64,000 nucleotides of DNA from Daphnia carinata (taxonomy: Eukaryota), in assembly GCF_022539665.2 (NCBI RefSeq), contig NC_081333.1, forward strand, positions 12,400,001 through 12,464,000, written 5' to 3'. Below, one piece after another: positions 39,750 to 52,857 of the stretch. The position numbers and the translations under genes are program-made. Below the pieces are notes generated by a model. The model was not told the origin of the DNA. It was given only the letters and a program-made list of their open reading frames with translations, and made no database searches. Positions within the stretch are counted from its first letter, which is position 1. The number at the start of each line of letters is the position of its first letter.

Positions 39750-41910
39750 CATCGGATAGCAGCACTAATCACTACTAGCAGCCAACGACTACGTTATTTA
39801 AAACACGACAACCATCAACAAACAAGCAAAACATCTTGGTTTAAAATTCTCAACATTTGGTTCTTTTCCTTTTTTTCTTGTTTTTTCTTCTACCTTTTTT
39901 TTTTTCGTGAAAAATGCGCTGTTTTGATTGGGAAGCCAGTCCCATTTTTTTTTTGTTACTATTTTTTTTTTAATTGATGGATATAATGATTTATGGGAAG
40001 GGAAAAAGAAACGGGCAAGCTTTCTGGTTTCGTAAAGGGTAAAAAGTAACAGTTCAAAAACTTTGGATTTCTCAACTGACCATTTGTACCATACGTCGTG
40101 GTAGTGTACATTGTACAGCTTTTTCCTTACATGTGTACATTGTACAGGAAATTTCCCTTCGTATTTTTTTACTTTAAACACTTTTTTTTTCGTCCGTCTC
40201 CATCTATCTTCATTCATTCGATTGGTCCGCACCTCCCACTATCCTCCAACTCTGCATGATATTACATTATAACAAGTCGGAGGAAACAACTATCTTTACC
40301 ATCTTATCCGAATTTGATCCGGATTGTTGATCGGTATTTGATGGATTATGTTGAGAAAAATTTAGGAATCGTCAATCCACCGAAAGTTTAAAAAAAAAAA
40401 AACAGTTGTAATTTTTTTTTTGTTCATTCCCTTAGTTCTGACGATCACTTGAAATTCACTGGATTTAACGGCGTCATCTTTGATTGATGTGATGGTGGCC
40501 CATTTATTTGATCAACTCTTTTTTACCCACTTTGCTGAGTTGCTTGCTTATTGGTTTTGTTTTCTTCGGTTTCACACCATATTACTTGGTCCCAAACAGT
40601 ATCGAGCTCTATACCCCCATCGATGAAAAATTGCAGGTGGCCCATTAAGCAAAACGAGACATTTGCCATTGTTTACTCCTTTTTTTTTCTCTCTAAATCT
40701 TTATTTCCCCACTTCATTGACGTGAGATATGACCGACATCAGTACCCTTTTCCGACTTGATCCCCCAAACAGGATTTTACCTCCGTAATTTGCGTTTTGG
40801 TTTTCTGTAAAGTGTACAGCGGCAAAAGTGAAAAGAGCGAACCTTTTTCATTATTTTACATAACAAAACCAAGCGAAGCAAAATCAGTGAGAAAATTAGC
40901 AAATTGCTCTTTTCTCCAGTTTCTCCATCCATCGATTGTAAATTTCCGTAGTGTGCGGCGGTCAAGCTGTGTGGACCCCCACACACTCTCATTCGCGACG
41001 ACGCGTCATCACCTTTATGGGTCTTCTTTTTTTTTCATTTTTGTATTGCTATTTTCTGAAATCCATCAAACACTTCACCCTCCACTCAAACTTAAAGGCT
41101 ACGTTTTTTCAGTTGTAGAACGCCAGTTCGCTTCGTAGATTTTTTTTTTCTATTGCTGACGCTGTTTGGTTTCCTCCCTTGCTCCTCAAGCCGTGGATTT
41201 ACCTGACACGGACCAATATTTTGTGAATTGTTTCCTTCTCTCCCCTTAAATTCTCAACCATCTATTGTGTTGGACATTTTCTTTTTTGAGTGTGTAGCTT
41301 CCCCCCCAACTTCCCGTAATTCTTTCTTTTTTTGCGTCACTTATTTCTTGATTTTGGCTTTTATTTCGACCCTCTTTATTAGTACATTTCCTTGTAACCG
41401 CTGGTGTTATGTATCGAAAATTACGAAATGCTGTAAAAAAAATATCACTAGTGCTCTTTCCTCTCCTCTCCCCCTTGTAAACATGATACATGTACAAAAT
41501 CGTCCCCACCAGAACTCGCTCTTCGACACCCCCCATCCGCTTCCCTCCTTAAATTTTTCTTTTTCTGGAATCAATGCTTTTCTCTTTCAATCTCCATCAA
41601 AAAGACAGTTTTCTTAAAACTTTACAATTTTTTTTTACATTAAATTCTGGTTGGAAAAACACCTCCAATGTATTTCCTCTTAATAGCACACTCTCGTGCA
41701 ACCACCTTTGCCCTCTTTCATTTTTGAAAAAAAAAAATACATCCCGAGTATATGCGTTGGATTTAATTTCTTCTTATACAATCCCATTAACCATTTAACC
41801 CGAAAAAAAGTATAAGATAAACGAAAAAGGGTGTTTTTATTGGGAAATCGGCCAATTGCGCAAGCTAATTAACAAAGGCAGGGGCAAGGTGACTGTATGT
41901 TGACACCAAA

Positions 41911-44085
41911 TCAATCCGACGAGCTTTTGCTTTTACTTCTTTCTCTTTTCGATCGCTTGGACGAACGTTTGTGGGAGGTGGGACTCCTACTCCGACTTTT
42001 GCTGCCACGATGTCGACGTCTACGATCACTACGATCTCTATCACTGCGATCACGATCGCGATCTCTTTCACGATCACGGCCACTAGAACGATCTTTATCT
42101 TTGTCCGATCGACGTTCCCTGTTGAATCACAAATATGAAATTAAAAGATGAGCGGTTTATGATTCGTGTCAGTTACCTTTTGTCGCGATCTCGATCTCTA
42201 TCACGATCTCTATCTCTGTCTCTCTCTTTGCCCCGATCCTTTTCAACTTCTTTTTCTTTTTCGCGTTCGTCTTTAGGAGAACGGCTGCGTGAACGTCGTC
42301 TTCGACTGCTACTGGTGTTTAGGCTGCAAGAAAATATTGTTATTCCCCATGCATCAACCAGCAATTTATCTGTACATTACCGAGATTCTTCTCCAGGAAC
42401 AGGAGGGGTTCCTAGGCTCTCTCTCCGTTGCTTTGCTGGTGGGTTCATGCCCATTGGAAGTGGTATTCCCATGGGTGGTGGTCCTCGCCAATCCTAGTCA
42501 CAATTTGAACATGTTTATGGTTCGATGACAAGAAAGCCAACGAGGAGCTGACTTACTGAAGAGCCCCACTGCGAATCCTGCGTGGGTTCGTATTGGTAAT
42601 AGTCATCGCCGGGTGCCCCCGGACCAGCCATAAATTCGTTGGCATAAGGATCAGGTACTATAGGTGGCGGTGGTAACATCATTGGTGGTGGAATCACCGG
42701 TGGTGGCATACCAAATGGCGGAGGTAGGGCCATATTTGGAAAACCGGGAGGTGGACGTGAAAAATCTATTGACACCGGTGGCTTTTCGATAGGAGGTTCA
42801 GGCTAGCCATAATATAAATTTTAGTGGATAGCCCTATTTAGCTGAACATTCTGTTAAATTTCTTAATTACCACTACTTCCGGTTGCTCTTCCATCGATGG
42901 CGCAGGAGAAACTCCTGATTCTGGACGACGGGACGAAAGATTCCCGCCGCCAATAACATCAATAGCGCCGGCCATTTTGCGTGCTGGTGGAGGGCCAGCT
43001 TTTTTCACAACGACTGACCCTGCGTATTTCGAATTTTCATTAACCACTGATATTGGTATCGCTTGGGCAGGAGCAGCCATCATCTAGATATAAAAATCGT
43101 GAAGTCAATATTAATTTTTTATTATTAAATAATTAGGTTTATTACCTTTGGAGGGGGGCCTAATCCAAGACTAGCTGGAACACCGGCTCCAGATTCCATT
43201 CGTGATCGCCTTTGTCTTTCACAATATGCTTGCCACGTTAATTCATTGAAACCGTAATTAAAATAATCAGTGATGTCGGCACCAGGTTTCCTCCAAGGTT
43301 TGTCTTCCAACGAGTCTAAACTGAATTCATGTGCGGGAACTCCATTAATAGCCATTGAACCGTCAAATTCATCTACAGTGAACTAAAACATAAAGGTACA
43401 CTTGGAAACAACATTTCAACCAAAATATACAATAACAAAAAAATTACTTTGCTCTTTTCCCCCATTCCTTGAGCTGCTGTTCCGGCTGCTCCTCTTTTTA
43501 CATTAAAACCAGCATACGCTGCTGGGCCAGATTTAATATCACCAATTGTGATCTGAACATCATCATCACTTTCATCATCATCATCATCTTCATTTTCTTG
43601 ACCATCATATTGTCTCTCCTCTTTTTCTTCATTGTTTTCTTCTGATTCCACATGATCTTTTGGTAATTAAGAAATTGATTTGTTTACACGAATGAATCAA
43701 GAAAAGTAATAAGATTCTGGTTGTGAAGCAGACTTTCAATTGGACAAAAGGTAGTCAGGTATAGAAATATCACCAACTGAGTTTTTGAAACAGGGCTTAC
43801 CGTAGCCTTCTCTGGAAAATTCCATATTTCTTTCGATAGCAATATGGTCTTCATTTTCAATTTCGTAGATTTCTCCATTGCCGGTGATGTCCTGCTCACC
43901 TTTGCCATCTTCTCCCTGGGGAAAAATCCACCAAACCATGACTGCTAGTTCGTAAAAAAAATAAACAGATTTTATACACTCACGTAGTCATCTGGTAACT
44001 GTTCCGAGGGATCTGGGAATTGAGAATTAGAATTATCTGCCTCGTCTGAGTGCCGGGCCGGGTAGCTGGCCTCCTGGTCGGCCAT
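41911..44085 (-). CDS. Fip1: Pre-mRNA 3'-end processing factor FIP1 (FIP1L1)
   Basis: Fip1 motif [34 protein letters not shown], acidic N-terminus ([18 protein letters not shown]), Pro-rich middle ([10 protein letters not shown]) and RD/RS-rich C-terminus. ATG at 44085, TGA at 41911. Confidence 0.92.
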
Positions 44086-44384
44086 TATTGTAGTGTAAAC
44101 ACAGAAGACCCACGCTGTCATACAAAACGTGATTATAAGATAATTCACGGTGCTTGTATCTTGAAAAGGTTTAATACTTGAAAGCACCTTACCTTTTTTG
44201 TAAGATGTTTTAAATTAAAAAACAGAAGATATAATTTTTCGATTTGGATTTCAAATTTTCGATGGATGGTAAATGCAATTTGGCAACAGGCTACCCTGGT
44301 TGCGGCAGACGTTGCGTTTCGTAAATTTTCATGTGTTGCTTGTTCAGTCGGTAGCGTTGAATTGTGAGATAATTCATCAGCAAT
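44086..44384. promoter_or_regulatory. Bidirectional promoter region between FIP1 and XAB2
   Basis: Head-to-head start codons only 300 bp apart. Confidence 0.6.
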
Positions 44385-47300
44385 ATGGATAAACCTATCG
44401 GGAGAAAGCCGGGAGACATTGTTTTGGTAAGAATACATGATGCTGGGTTTTCATAATTATGCTGGGTTTAAATTATGACCTGTCTCCTTTGATTTAAGAG
44501 TGAAGAAGACTTGGCTTATGAAGAAGAAATTTTACGAAACCCTTACTCTGTCAAACACTGGCTTCGCTACTGTGAATTCAAAAAAGATGCTCCTCCTGCG
44601 ATCGTCAATTTGATTTATGAAAGAGCATTGAAAGAAATGCCTGGCAGGTAAAAATTTTTTTGCCGCCTTATTGTTCACACATATGCTAATTTACACATGC
44701 TTGTCTTCAGTTACAAACTATGGTATAGTTATCTTTGCCTACGAAGGAAGCAAACTAAGGGACGCTGTATAACAGATCCATGTTATGAAGATGCGAACAA
44801 TGCATTTGAAAGAGCTTTGGTATTCATGCACAAGGTAACATTTTATTGAATTGTAATACTCCATATCAGTGTCATGTGCAATTTCTTACTTCATCATTAA
44901 CTGTAATGGCACTATAGATGCCTAGAATATGGATGGATTACTGCAAATTTTTAACACACCAGCAAAAAATTACCACCACAAGAAAGGTCTTTGATCGTGC
45001 TCTCAGAGCCTTGCCAATTACCCAGCATTCCCGTATTTGGCCGCTTTACCTGAAGTTTGTCAAAATGCACCCGATACCTGAAACAGCTGTACGTGTCTTT
45101 CGTCGTTTTCTCAAACTGTCTGCAGAAGACGCCGAAGAATTTGTCGACTACTTGAAATCTATCGACAGACTAGATGAAGCCGCTGTCAAGCTAGCCCAAA
45201 TTGTTAACAAAGATAGCTTTGTTTCTAAAACTGGGAAATCAAACCACCAACTTTGGAATGAATTGTGTGAGCTCAATTCAAAAAATCCAAAGCAAATCAA
45301 AAGTCTTAACGTCGATGCAATCATTCGAGGAGGACTTCGACGGTGAGTCTGTATTGAACAACGGAGAAATTAATACAGATTTGTAATGATAATCTCTCAC
45401 AACAGGTATACTGATCAACTTGGCCAGCTTTGGAATTCTCTTGCCGATTATTACATACGTAGTGGTTTGTTTGAAAGAGCACGAGATATTTACGAAGAAG
45501 CTATTCAGACGGTTACCACTGTGCGAGATTTTACACAAGTGAAGTTGCGTTGTACGTTTCTTTGAAAAAATATAGTAATAAGAATTAAAAGTAAAAAAAA
45601 ATTAATAAATGAACTAATTTATTAACGTCTATTATGTTAATTGCAAACGACAGGTTTTCGATGCCTACGCTCAGTTTGAAGAACTGAATCTGAGTCATCT
45701 TATGGAGGAGATAGGTGAAAAAACTAACCCCACGGATGATGATGATATCGAAGTTGAACTGAGGATGGCTAGGTTTGAGGATCTGATGGATCGCAGACCT
45801 TTACTTTTAAATTCAGTTCTGCTGCGCCAAAATCCCCATAACGTTGCCGAATGGCACAAGCGAGTCCAGCTTTACGAAGGCAAACCTCATGAAGTTATCA
45901 ACACCTTCACTGAGGCTGTCCAGACAGTGGATCCAAAGCAAGCTATCGGCAAAGTTCATACGCTGTGGGTCGACTTTGCTAAATTCTACGAAAAGAATAA
46001 TCAAATCGAAGATGGGCGAATTGTTTTCGAAAAAGCTACACAGGTAGGTTATTTTGAAGAAAAACTTGCGTGCCAGATTATTCATTTATCATGTTTATGT
46101 CATTGGTGTTGCAGGTGAAGTACGTAAAAGTTGATGAATTGGCAACTGTTTGGTGCGAATGGGCTGAAATGGAAATCCGAAATGCTCACTACAAAGAAGC
46201 TCTCAAGCTAATGCATCGTGTTACTACACCTCCGGCACGCAAAGTAGATTACCATGATGACGCTGAACAAGTACAGACCCGTGTCCATAAATCTTTAAAG
46301 GTACTGTTTGCTCAATTGCTATTTAAAATTCAACAGCATTGACGTGTTTGTTTTAATTTAGATTTGGGGCTTATACGCAGACCTTGAAGAAAGCTTTGGT
46401 ACTTTTAAGACTTGCAAAGCGGTCTATGATCGCATCCTTGAACTGAAAATTGCAACTCCGCAGATCATTATGAACTACGCTATCTTTCTGGAAGAAAACA
46501 ACTACTTTGAAGAAGCATTCAAAGCCTACGAACGAGGAATTGCTTTATTTAAATGGCCCAATGTTTACGATATATGGAACACCTATTTATCCAAGTTTCT
46601 GAAGCGCTATGGTGGTTCAAAATTGGAGCGTGCCCGAGATCTCTTTGAACAATGTCTCGACGGATGTCCCAATAAGTTTACCAAAACTTTCTTTATGCTC
46701 TACGCCAAGTTGGAAGAGGAACACGGTCTAGCTCGCCACGCTATGAACGTCTATGAGAGAGCCACAAAAGCTGTGCCAGCAAACGAGCGGTTTGACATGT
46801 ACAACATGTACATTAAAAAAGCATCAGAGATATACGGAGTTACCAAGACGCGTCACATCTACGAGCGATCCATCGAAGAACTACCCGATCACCAGGCTCG
46901 TGAAATGTGTTTGCGCTTCGCCGATTTGGAGCGCAAACTGGGCGAAATTGACCGAGCTCGAGCTGTTTACGGACATTGCAGTCAAATGTGCGATCCTAGG
47001 GTGGCACCAGAGTTCTGGAAGGTATGTGGCATATTTCGTTATAATTCATTCGTTGGAAATTTATCATTGAATTTTTGTTTTAGGTTTGGAAAGAGTTTGA
47101 AATTAAGCATGGCAACGAAGATACGATGCGTGAAATGCTTCGAATCAAGCGCAGTGTACAGGCAACATATAATACGCAGGTAAATTGTGTCAGCGATGTT
47201 TCACCACGAGTCGATGAAATATGTAAATATATTTCTCTTGGTTACTTTAGATCAACATGATGTCAGCTCAGATGTTAGCTGCGGCTACCAACACTGCCGA

Positions 47301-47663
47301 AGCAGCCGCTGCTTCTCAGGACAGCATGAAAATGCTAGATGTGGAGGAGTCTCGTCCTCCAGTGGTACCCTATTATCTACAATTCCATGTGTCCTTTGTT
47401 ATTTAATTTTAAAATTCCCTCTCCAGCCTGTGGCTAAACCTCTCGCGCGCCCTGGAAGCAACATTATGTTCGTCCGAAGTGAAACTCAACCGGGCAGCGC
47501 AACTGAGGAAGTTCCAGTTGCAAGTAACCCTGACGAAATTGACATTGATGAGGATGGAGATGACGATGAGGAAGAAGAGGCCACAATCGAAGAACAACAA
47601 GTTCCACGCCAAGTATTTGGTAGTTTGAAAAAAGATGATGATGATGAAGAAGAAGGGCAATAA
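44385..47663 (+). CDS. XAB2: Pre-mRNA splicing factor SYF1/XAB2 (HAT-repeat protein)
   Basis: [103 protein letters not shown] and C-terminal NPDEIDID...VPRQVFGSL. Confidence 0.95.
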
Positions 47664-47975
47664 AAATGGGCGCAAACCTTAACATCCTGAACGTATTCCA
47701 CCGTACTCAATACATGGGTATTCTTTACAAAATAATTCAATCTACATATTTTTAAAAAATTGCTGATGCTTTTATTTATACGTTAAAGGTAGTGACAGGA
47801 AAGAAAAAAAATAATGTACAATGTAGGCGATCTTTCTGCTGAGACGCAAACATTATCGGTGGAGGTAAATAATTTAAAGTTAATAAGGTCGTGGTTGCAC
47901 TAATTGCTTCGCACAAAATTGTGCGAAGAAAGAAGTATGCAAATAGTCCGGCAAGAGGGAAAGAAAGTGGTCGCT

Positions 47976-48335
47976 TTATCCACGATGCATAGTACGATGG
48001 TATGATCGTGATCCATAGGAGCTACGACTTCGGCTACCGGTGTAATATCGGCGGCCTGGAATAGCTTCTGCAGTCTCTAAATCGGCGATATTTGCACCGA
48101 TGTTGGCATAAATACTAGGCTTCGACTCAAACAGTTGTGGTGCCGCAGCTATCGCCGAACAGCAAATAGCAAAAACGAAAAGGAGAAAAATGACCTAAAA
48201 AAAAAATGGGACATGAAAAAATAATTAAACGTTACTTTAATTGCAACCCGGCAACAACAAACTGTCAAGCGTTGGACTGCACTGTATCCTTTAACAAACA
48301 AGATTTTTTTTTGGTACACAATCACGTACCTTCAT
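47976..48335 (-). CDS. Small secreted cationic peptide precursor, DLETAE type (74 aa)
   Basis: Exons 48335-48330 (MK) and 48194-47976 give MKVIFLLFVFAICCSAIAAAPQLFESKPSIYANIGANIADLETAEAIPGRRYYTGSRSRSSYGSRSYHRTMHRG*. TATATAAA at 48426-48433 (-). Confidence 0.85.
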
Positions 48336-49367
48336 GGCGATTGAGTTAAAGAGATTTCTCTTTTCTTAACGGTGTTTGTTCGATGGCTTTGACTTTCTTT
48401 GTGACACGATTAGGTCGCACGGTGGTTTATATACCTTCATTGGAACTCCCGGAGGGAATTTGCCAAAGAAGAAGGAGTTACCTTTCGCCGAAACCGGATT
48501 TTTACTGAGATGGGCTCAGCGGTGAAACATCAGTGGACACGGTTGTATGAAGAAGGAAACCTTCTAAACAGATCAAGGGCATTCGGCATAATCGGTCTTG
48601 TCCTTCAGCGTGATACAGTTTAAACGTTTGGCTTGTAAAAACCAGATTGTTTTTACGGTATCACCTTGGCACTATAGGGCAGCTGAATGAAATGTGTAAG
48701 TATATCACGATTAATTCATGAAGTACTGGGAATACCGGAGAGGGCGAAAAAACCCGCCTCGATTCAGACATGAGCAAATTGTTTTGCGCGCAAAAACTGT
48801 GCGATTATTATGCGTCCTCTGGCATAATTTAAATTTCTGGAATTGAGCATTGTGCAAAAATCCTTCGTAAATTGAACGACCTAGCTTAAACCGATACGGT
48901 TTCAGTGTGTGAAAGGCTACTCCTTTTAGCTCTCTAGAAAAGGACACAATGTTGTGCTAAGTAAGGCGTGCAGAAAGAAAAACAAAAGAGGCGTCAATGC
49001 CAGAAATTTTATTGCCGGCTGCTTACTACCGCACGTTTACACCGGATCGCCCTGACGTTGCCCTTGAAGAGCCTTATCAGCCAACACTTACCAAGTACAG
49101 GTAATTTCATTTTCATCATGATCTCCTATGGTGGCATTTTTTTTTTTTTAAGCAAATGTTTTGGTTTACTTCACAGATAAGCGATAAATGGTAGTGCGAA
49201 AACAATGGAACATATAAACATCATGTGTATTTCTCCATTAAAGGCATAAAACCGTGCATCGAGGGCACCAAAATAAGGTCAGTAGATTTATCAGCTACTT
49301 TAAATCGAAACAGGATAGTCAAGGAATATTAGTATTAACAGCCACAAAAGAAAAACTTGCTGTCGTG

Positions 49368-49651
49368 TTAACCGGTAACACGGTAATGAGTATATCGTGT
49401 TCCATACGGATATCCTCGGTGACGACTGGGGATTTTTCCATACGGTATGGAATCAGCTCCATTCAGATCAGCCATGTCAATGTTGGGCTTCGTAATCAGA
49501 TTGGCTGCTCGTGTTAAAGCGCTACAGCAAATAACAAAAACAGCGAAGAAAAATAAGATAACCTGTTCAAAAAATTCAAAACACATGAAACTATTTAGTT
49601 GGCCATCTAAAATTTGTGTACCGCTTAGGCATTAATTTAGTATACCCTCAT
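49368..49651 (-). CDS. Small secreted cationic peptide precursor, paralog (66 aa)
   Basis: Exons 49651-49646 (MR) and 49562-49368 give MRVILFFFAVFVICCSALTRAANLITKPNIDMADLNGADSIPYGKIPSRHRGYPYGTRYTHYRVTG*. TATAAAA at 49737-49743 (-). Confidence 0.85.
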
Positions 49652-51341
49652 TACGATGATGAAAAGGTAAATCTTAACGCGTGTGACCTCTACAACGTCT
49701 TACTTTGTTTACGTAGTGTAACATCTTCCCATCAGCTTTTATAGTCCACCTCCGAACCTTTAAGCCGAGTTTCCAAAAAATAATTAATTCTAAACGGCCT
49801 GCTGGAAGGTAAATACGTGTATGCATTTGATTCCCAGGCAGATGGTCCAATAAGCAAGTGGGAGAAAAACAAAAGAAAGTTAGAAGATTCTTGTACCTAC
49901 CACATAATTAAACAAAAAGGTTGAGTTAAAAAAAAAAAAAAAACCGGATTAGAAGTGGACTACGGGCCGGCAACAAAATTGGCAGCATGAAGAGATCGAG
50001 CTCAACTATCAAGAGAACGAGTAAATATAAGTAAGTTGAAACCAGCTTTAAACGAAACGTCTCGAAAGATCTAATCTGTTAAAAAAATTTACTAGTTTGA
50101 GACCTCACTAAAGCTCTACAACGTACAAAAAAACAAGGAAGAAAAACTGGAATTCGATCACTAAGTGCTAAATGGACTCGTCAACTGGCAAGGCTCTTCC
50201 GTTTTTTGCAAAAAATGACATCCCCCTAAAACAAGAAAAAAAGGAAAGTGCAGAACAACGCAATGAAGACTTGATGCTGCGCCATCCCAATGCCACAGGT
50301 ATGTAAGTCGCCTTGAGAAAACTATCTTAACACTTTAATGAGAAAACACCACGAACGTTAAAAACCGGGCGTGGTTGTTTCCTCCTGTTCTGGGTTTGTT
50401 TTAGTTATGTTGTGCTTCGTTACAGGGCCGTAGCCAGACTTTTATTTCGCTTTTAATTTTAAAGAAAGCGGGGATACTGGGACTTTTTTAAGCCAAAAGG
50501 GTTCCAAGCTCAATATGAGCAAAACTGAAACAAAAATGATTTGAATAAGTAAGAAATTTCTGATTTCGAAGGGGCGAGGTTACGTCAGTGCTTTTTCATG
50601 ATGTTTGAGTTATACCAGACAGAATGGCACTCCCTAAAACTGCACGATATAGAGGTTCCAGACAGCCATTCATCCAACCGTGTCGAGGGCATTTTTCGAA
50701 GTAAAAGAGCACTGTAAGGAACATAATACAAATAAGCGTGTAGATAAATGGTATGTAATTAATAATGTTCATCTCGAGGTTTTTAAAAATTCTTATGCTA
50801 GTAAGTTTCAAAATGATTTATGGAGCACCACTAACCATGTGAAGAAATTTTGAGGTCCGTTGTCATCATCGGAATAGTTTTTTGCGATCTGATTTGCCTT
50901 GGTGTTGCCCTGTGAGTCACCTTACTGAAATCAGTATAATAATGTACTACGTAATAAATGCATGCGTAATTACCATGCATTATGTCATTCACGCATACCA
51001 ATTTGAATGTGGGCTTGTTCGCATACATTTTCCTGTTATCGAGAAAATTCCAACACAAAAGCTTACTGAGAAATTGTCTAAACCAATTATTTTATCGTTT
51101 CATTCAATAGGCAGAAAGAAAACCAGTTTTCCGAAACCAAGAAAAAGTCATAGTCTACCCAGATTTGCATACTTTCGCAAAAGGATGAATAAAACTATTT
51201 GCGGTAAGACATTGTGTGTATATATCTCGTGAAACACAACATTTCATATACGTAAAATTTAAAATGTTAACATTTAAATCTCTATAATTTCAAAATAGGA
51301 CGGGACACGGCCCACATCAGGATTTGAGAAATGCACGTACG

Positions 51342-51732
51342 TTATCCAGTAACGCGGAAATGGGATGACGATCCGCCTCGATAGGGTGGACGGCGATAGC
51401 GCCCTGTATTCCCATACCTGACAACGCGGTAAAAAAAAAGGATTCAAAAAGAGAAAAAGAATTTTTTGAAAATTCTAGAACACCCGAAAGAAAGGCTGAA
51501 GAAATGTAAATAGGTCACAAACGTACGGTATAGCTTCCGCAGTGTCGAGATCAGCAAGGTTACTCTTGATGTTGCTTGTCTGAGCTGCGGCGATTAGTAC
51601 GGAAATAGCAAAGACGTAAAGAAGGAATAGGACCTATTTCAATGTAAGGAAATCAGGTTTTAAAATCTATTTTGTCCTTTACAAACTTGAGAAAACTAAA
51701 GTTTAATGTGACTGTGCAAGTATTACCTTCAT
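51342..51732 (-). CDS. Small secreted cationic peptide precursor, paralog (62 aa)
   Basis: Exons 51732-51727, 51633-51527 and 51417-51342 give MKVLFLLYVFAISVLIAAAQTSNIKSNLADLDTAEAIPYGNTGRYRRPPYRGGSSSHFRVTG*. TATATAA at 51827-51833 (-). Confidence 0.85.
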
Positions 51733-52857
51733 CTTGAATTCGTAAAGAGTAAATTTGTTTCCCGTTTTTTTTAACTTGTGTCTTCTAGGACTGCAGGTTT
51801 GTTATTGGGAGAGTTCCGCAGCCACCTTATATACTCCGAAGAAAATTAGCGGAATTGAAATCTGGGATGAACCCGCTGGCGCACCAACCAATCAGTGGGT
51901 CATCTGGTAATAGTTGAAATAGAAAGTAGGAACCTCTTACATGATGCGTAATTTCACCGGACGACTGATAAATAATACTTACACTGAACGGGACTCTTGT
52001 ACCGCGTGACTGCCGTCAGCAGCTTAACAATGACAATTTGGGGTTTTCCACATACGTAGATCTCCCCGAGCTATTGGTCCACATTAATGATGCTCTACGA
52101 CAGCGTTTCTATTGTTGAATCGTGGTAGTTTCGTTATGCTAATCTGTAACATTCAACGCACATAGGATTGTATCAAGAAAGAGCAGGACCTTTTTATGGG
52201 GAAAACCACCTCAGTGCTTGAGTGTAGGTTAAAGCAAAAGAGAACATCGTATTTGAGGCTGAAGTAGTGGTCATTCCTCTCCAGATTTTTCCGTTATGGA
52301 AATGAGGTCACTTTCTTCGTTGCTAGAAATCACGCTGCCATCGCCTTCCAGAGAAATCGTATATATTTATATTACGAGAAGAACCTGTCTTCGGTTTCTT
52401 TATGGAGAGTATGTAAAGCTCAAGACAACGAACGTGAATCCACCTTTCAAGAAACTGCGCATTGACATGCTATGAAACCAAGAAGTAAAATGAAGAAAAA
52501 GGAAAAATGTTCCAGTTCCTGAAATTTTTACAGTAAGCCTTAATTTTTAAATAATTAAATTGATTTTAGTTTATAGAGCTTTAGAAAAAACCTCACGTTT
52601 ACTCTTTCCTCATGATTGCATAAGTGTGTCGCTTAACAGCTTCCGGTTGGCGGACTCTTGACGTGTGCCTTGTGTGCCTTTTAGATTAGACACGTCAAGT
52701 CCCGTTCCAGGATAGTGAGGTGATCTGGCCCATTCACATTACAGGATAAAAGTTCTCGGATATAAACTGCGGCGGATCGTCAATTCAAAACGAGTCTTGG
52801 TTCAAAACGAGTTGTTTCTACAACGTTTGATCAGCTATATCTCTTGGCAGCTCAAAA

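Noticed and set aside
47908..47929. Short hairpin CTTCGCACAA-AA-TTGTGCGAAG between convergent 3' ends
   Set aside because: A 10-bp stem is expected by chance in 64 kb, and prokaryotic-style terminators do not apply here.
50422..50437. CAGGGCCGTAGCCAG resembling a DNA-transposon terminal repeat
   Set aside because: No matching inverted partner or target-site duplication found.
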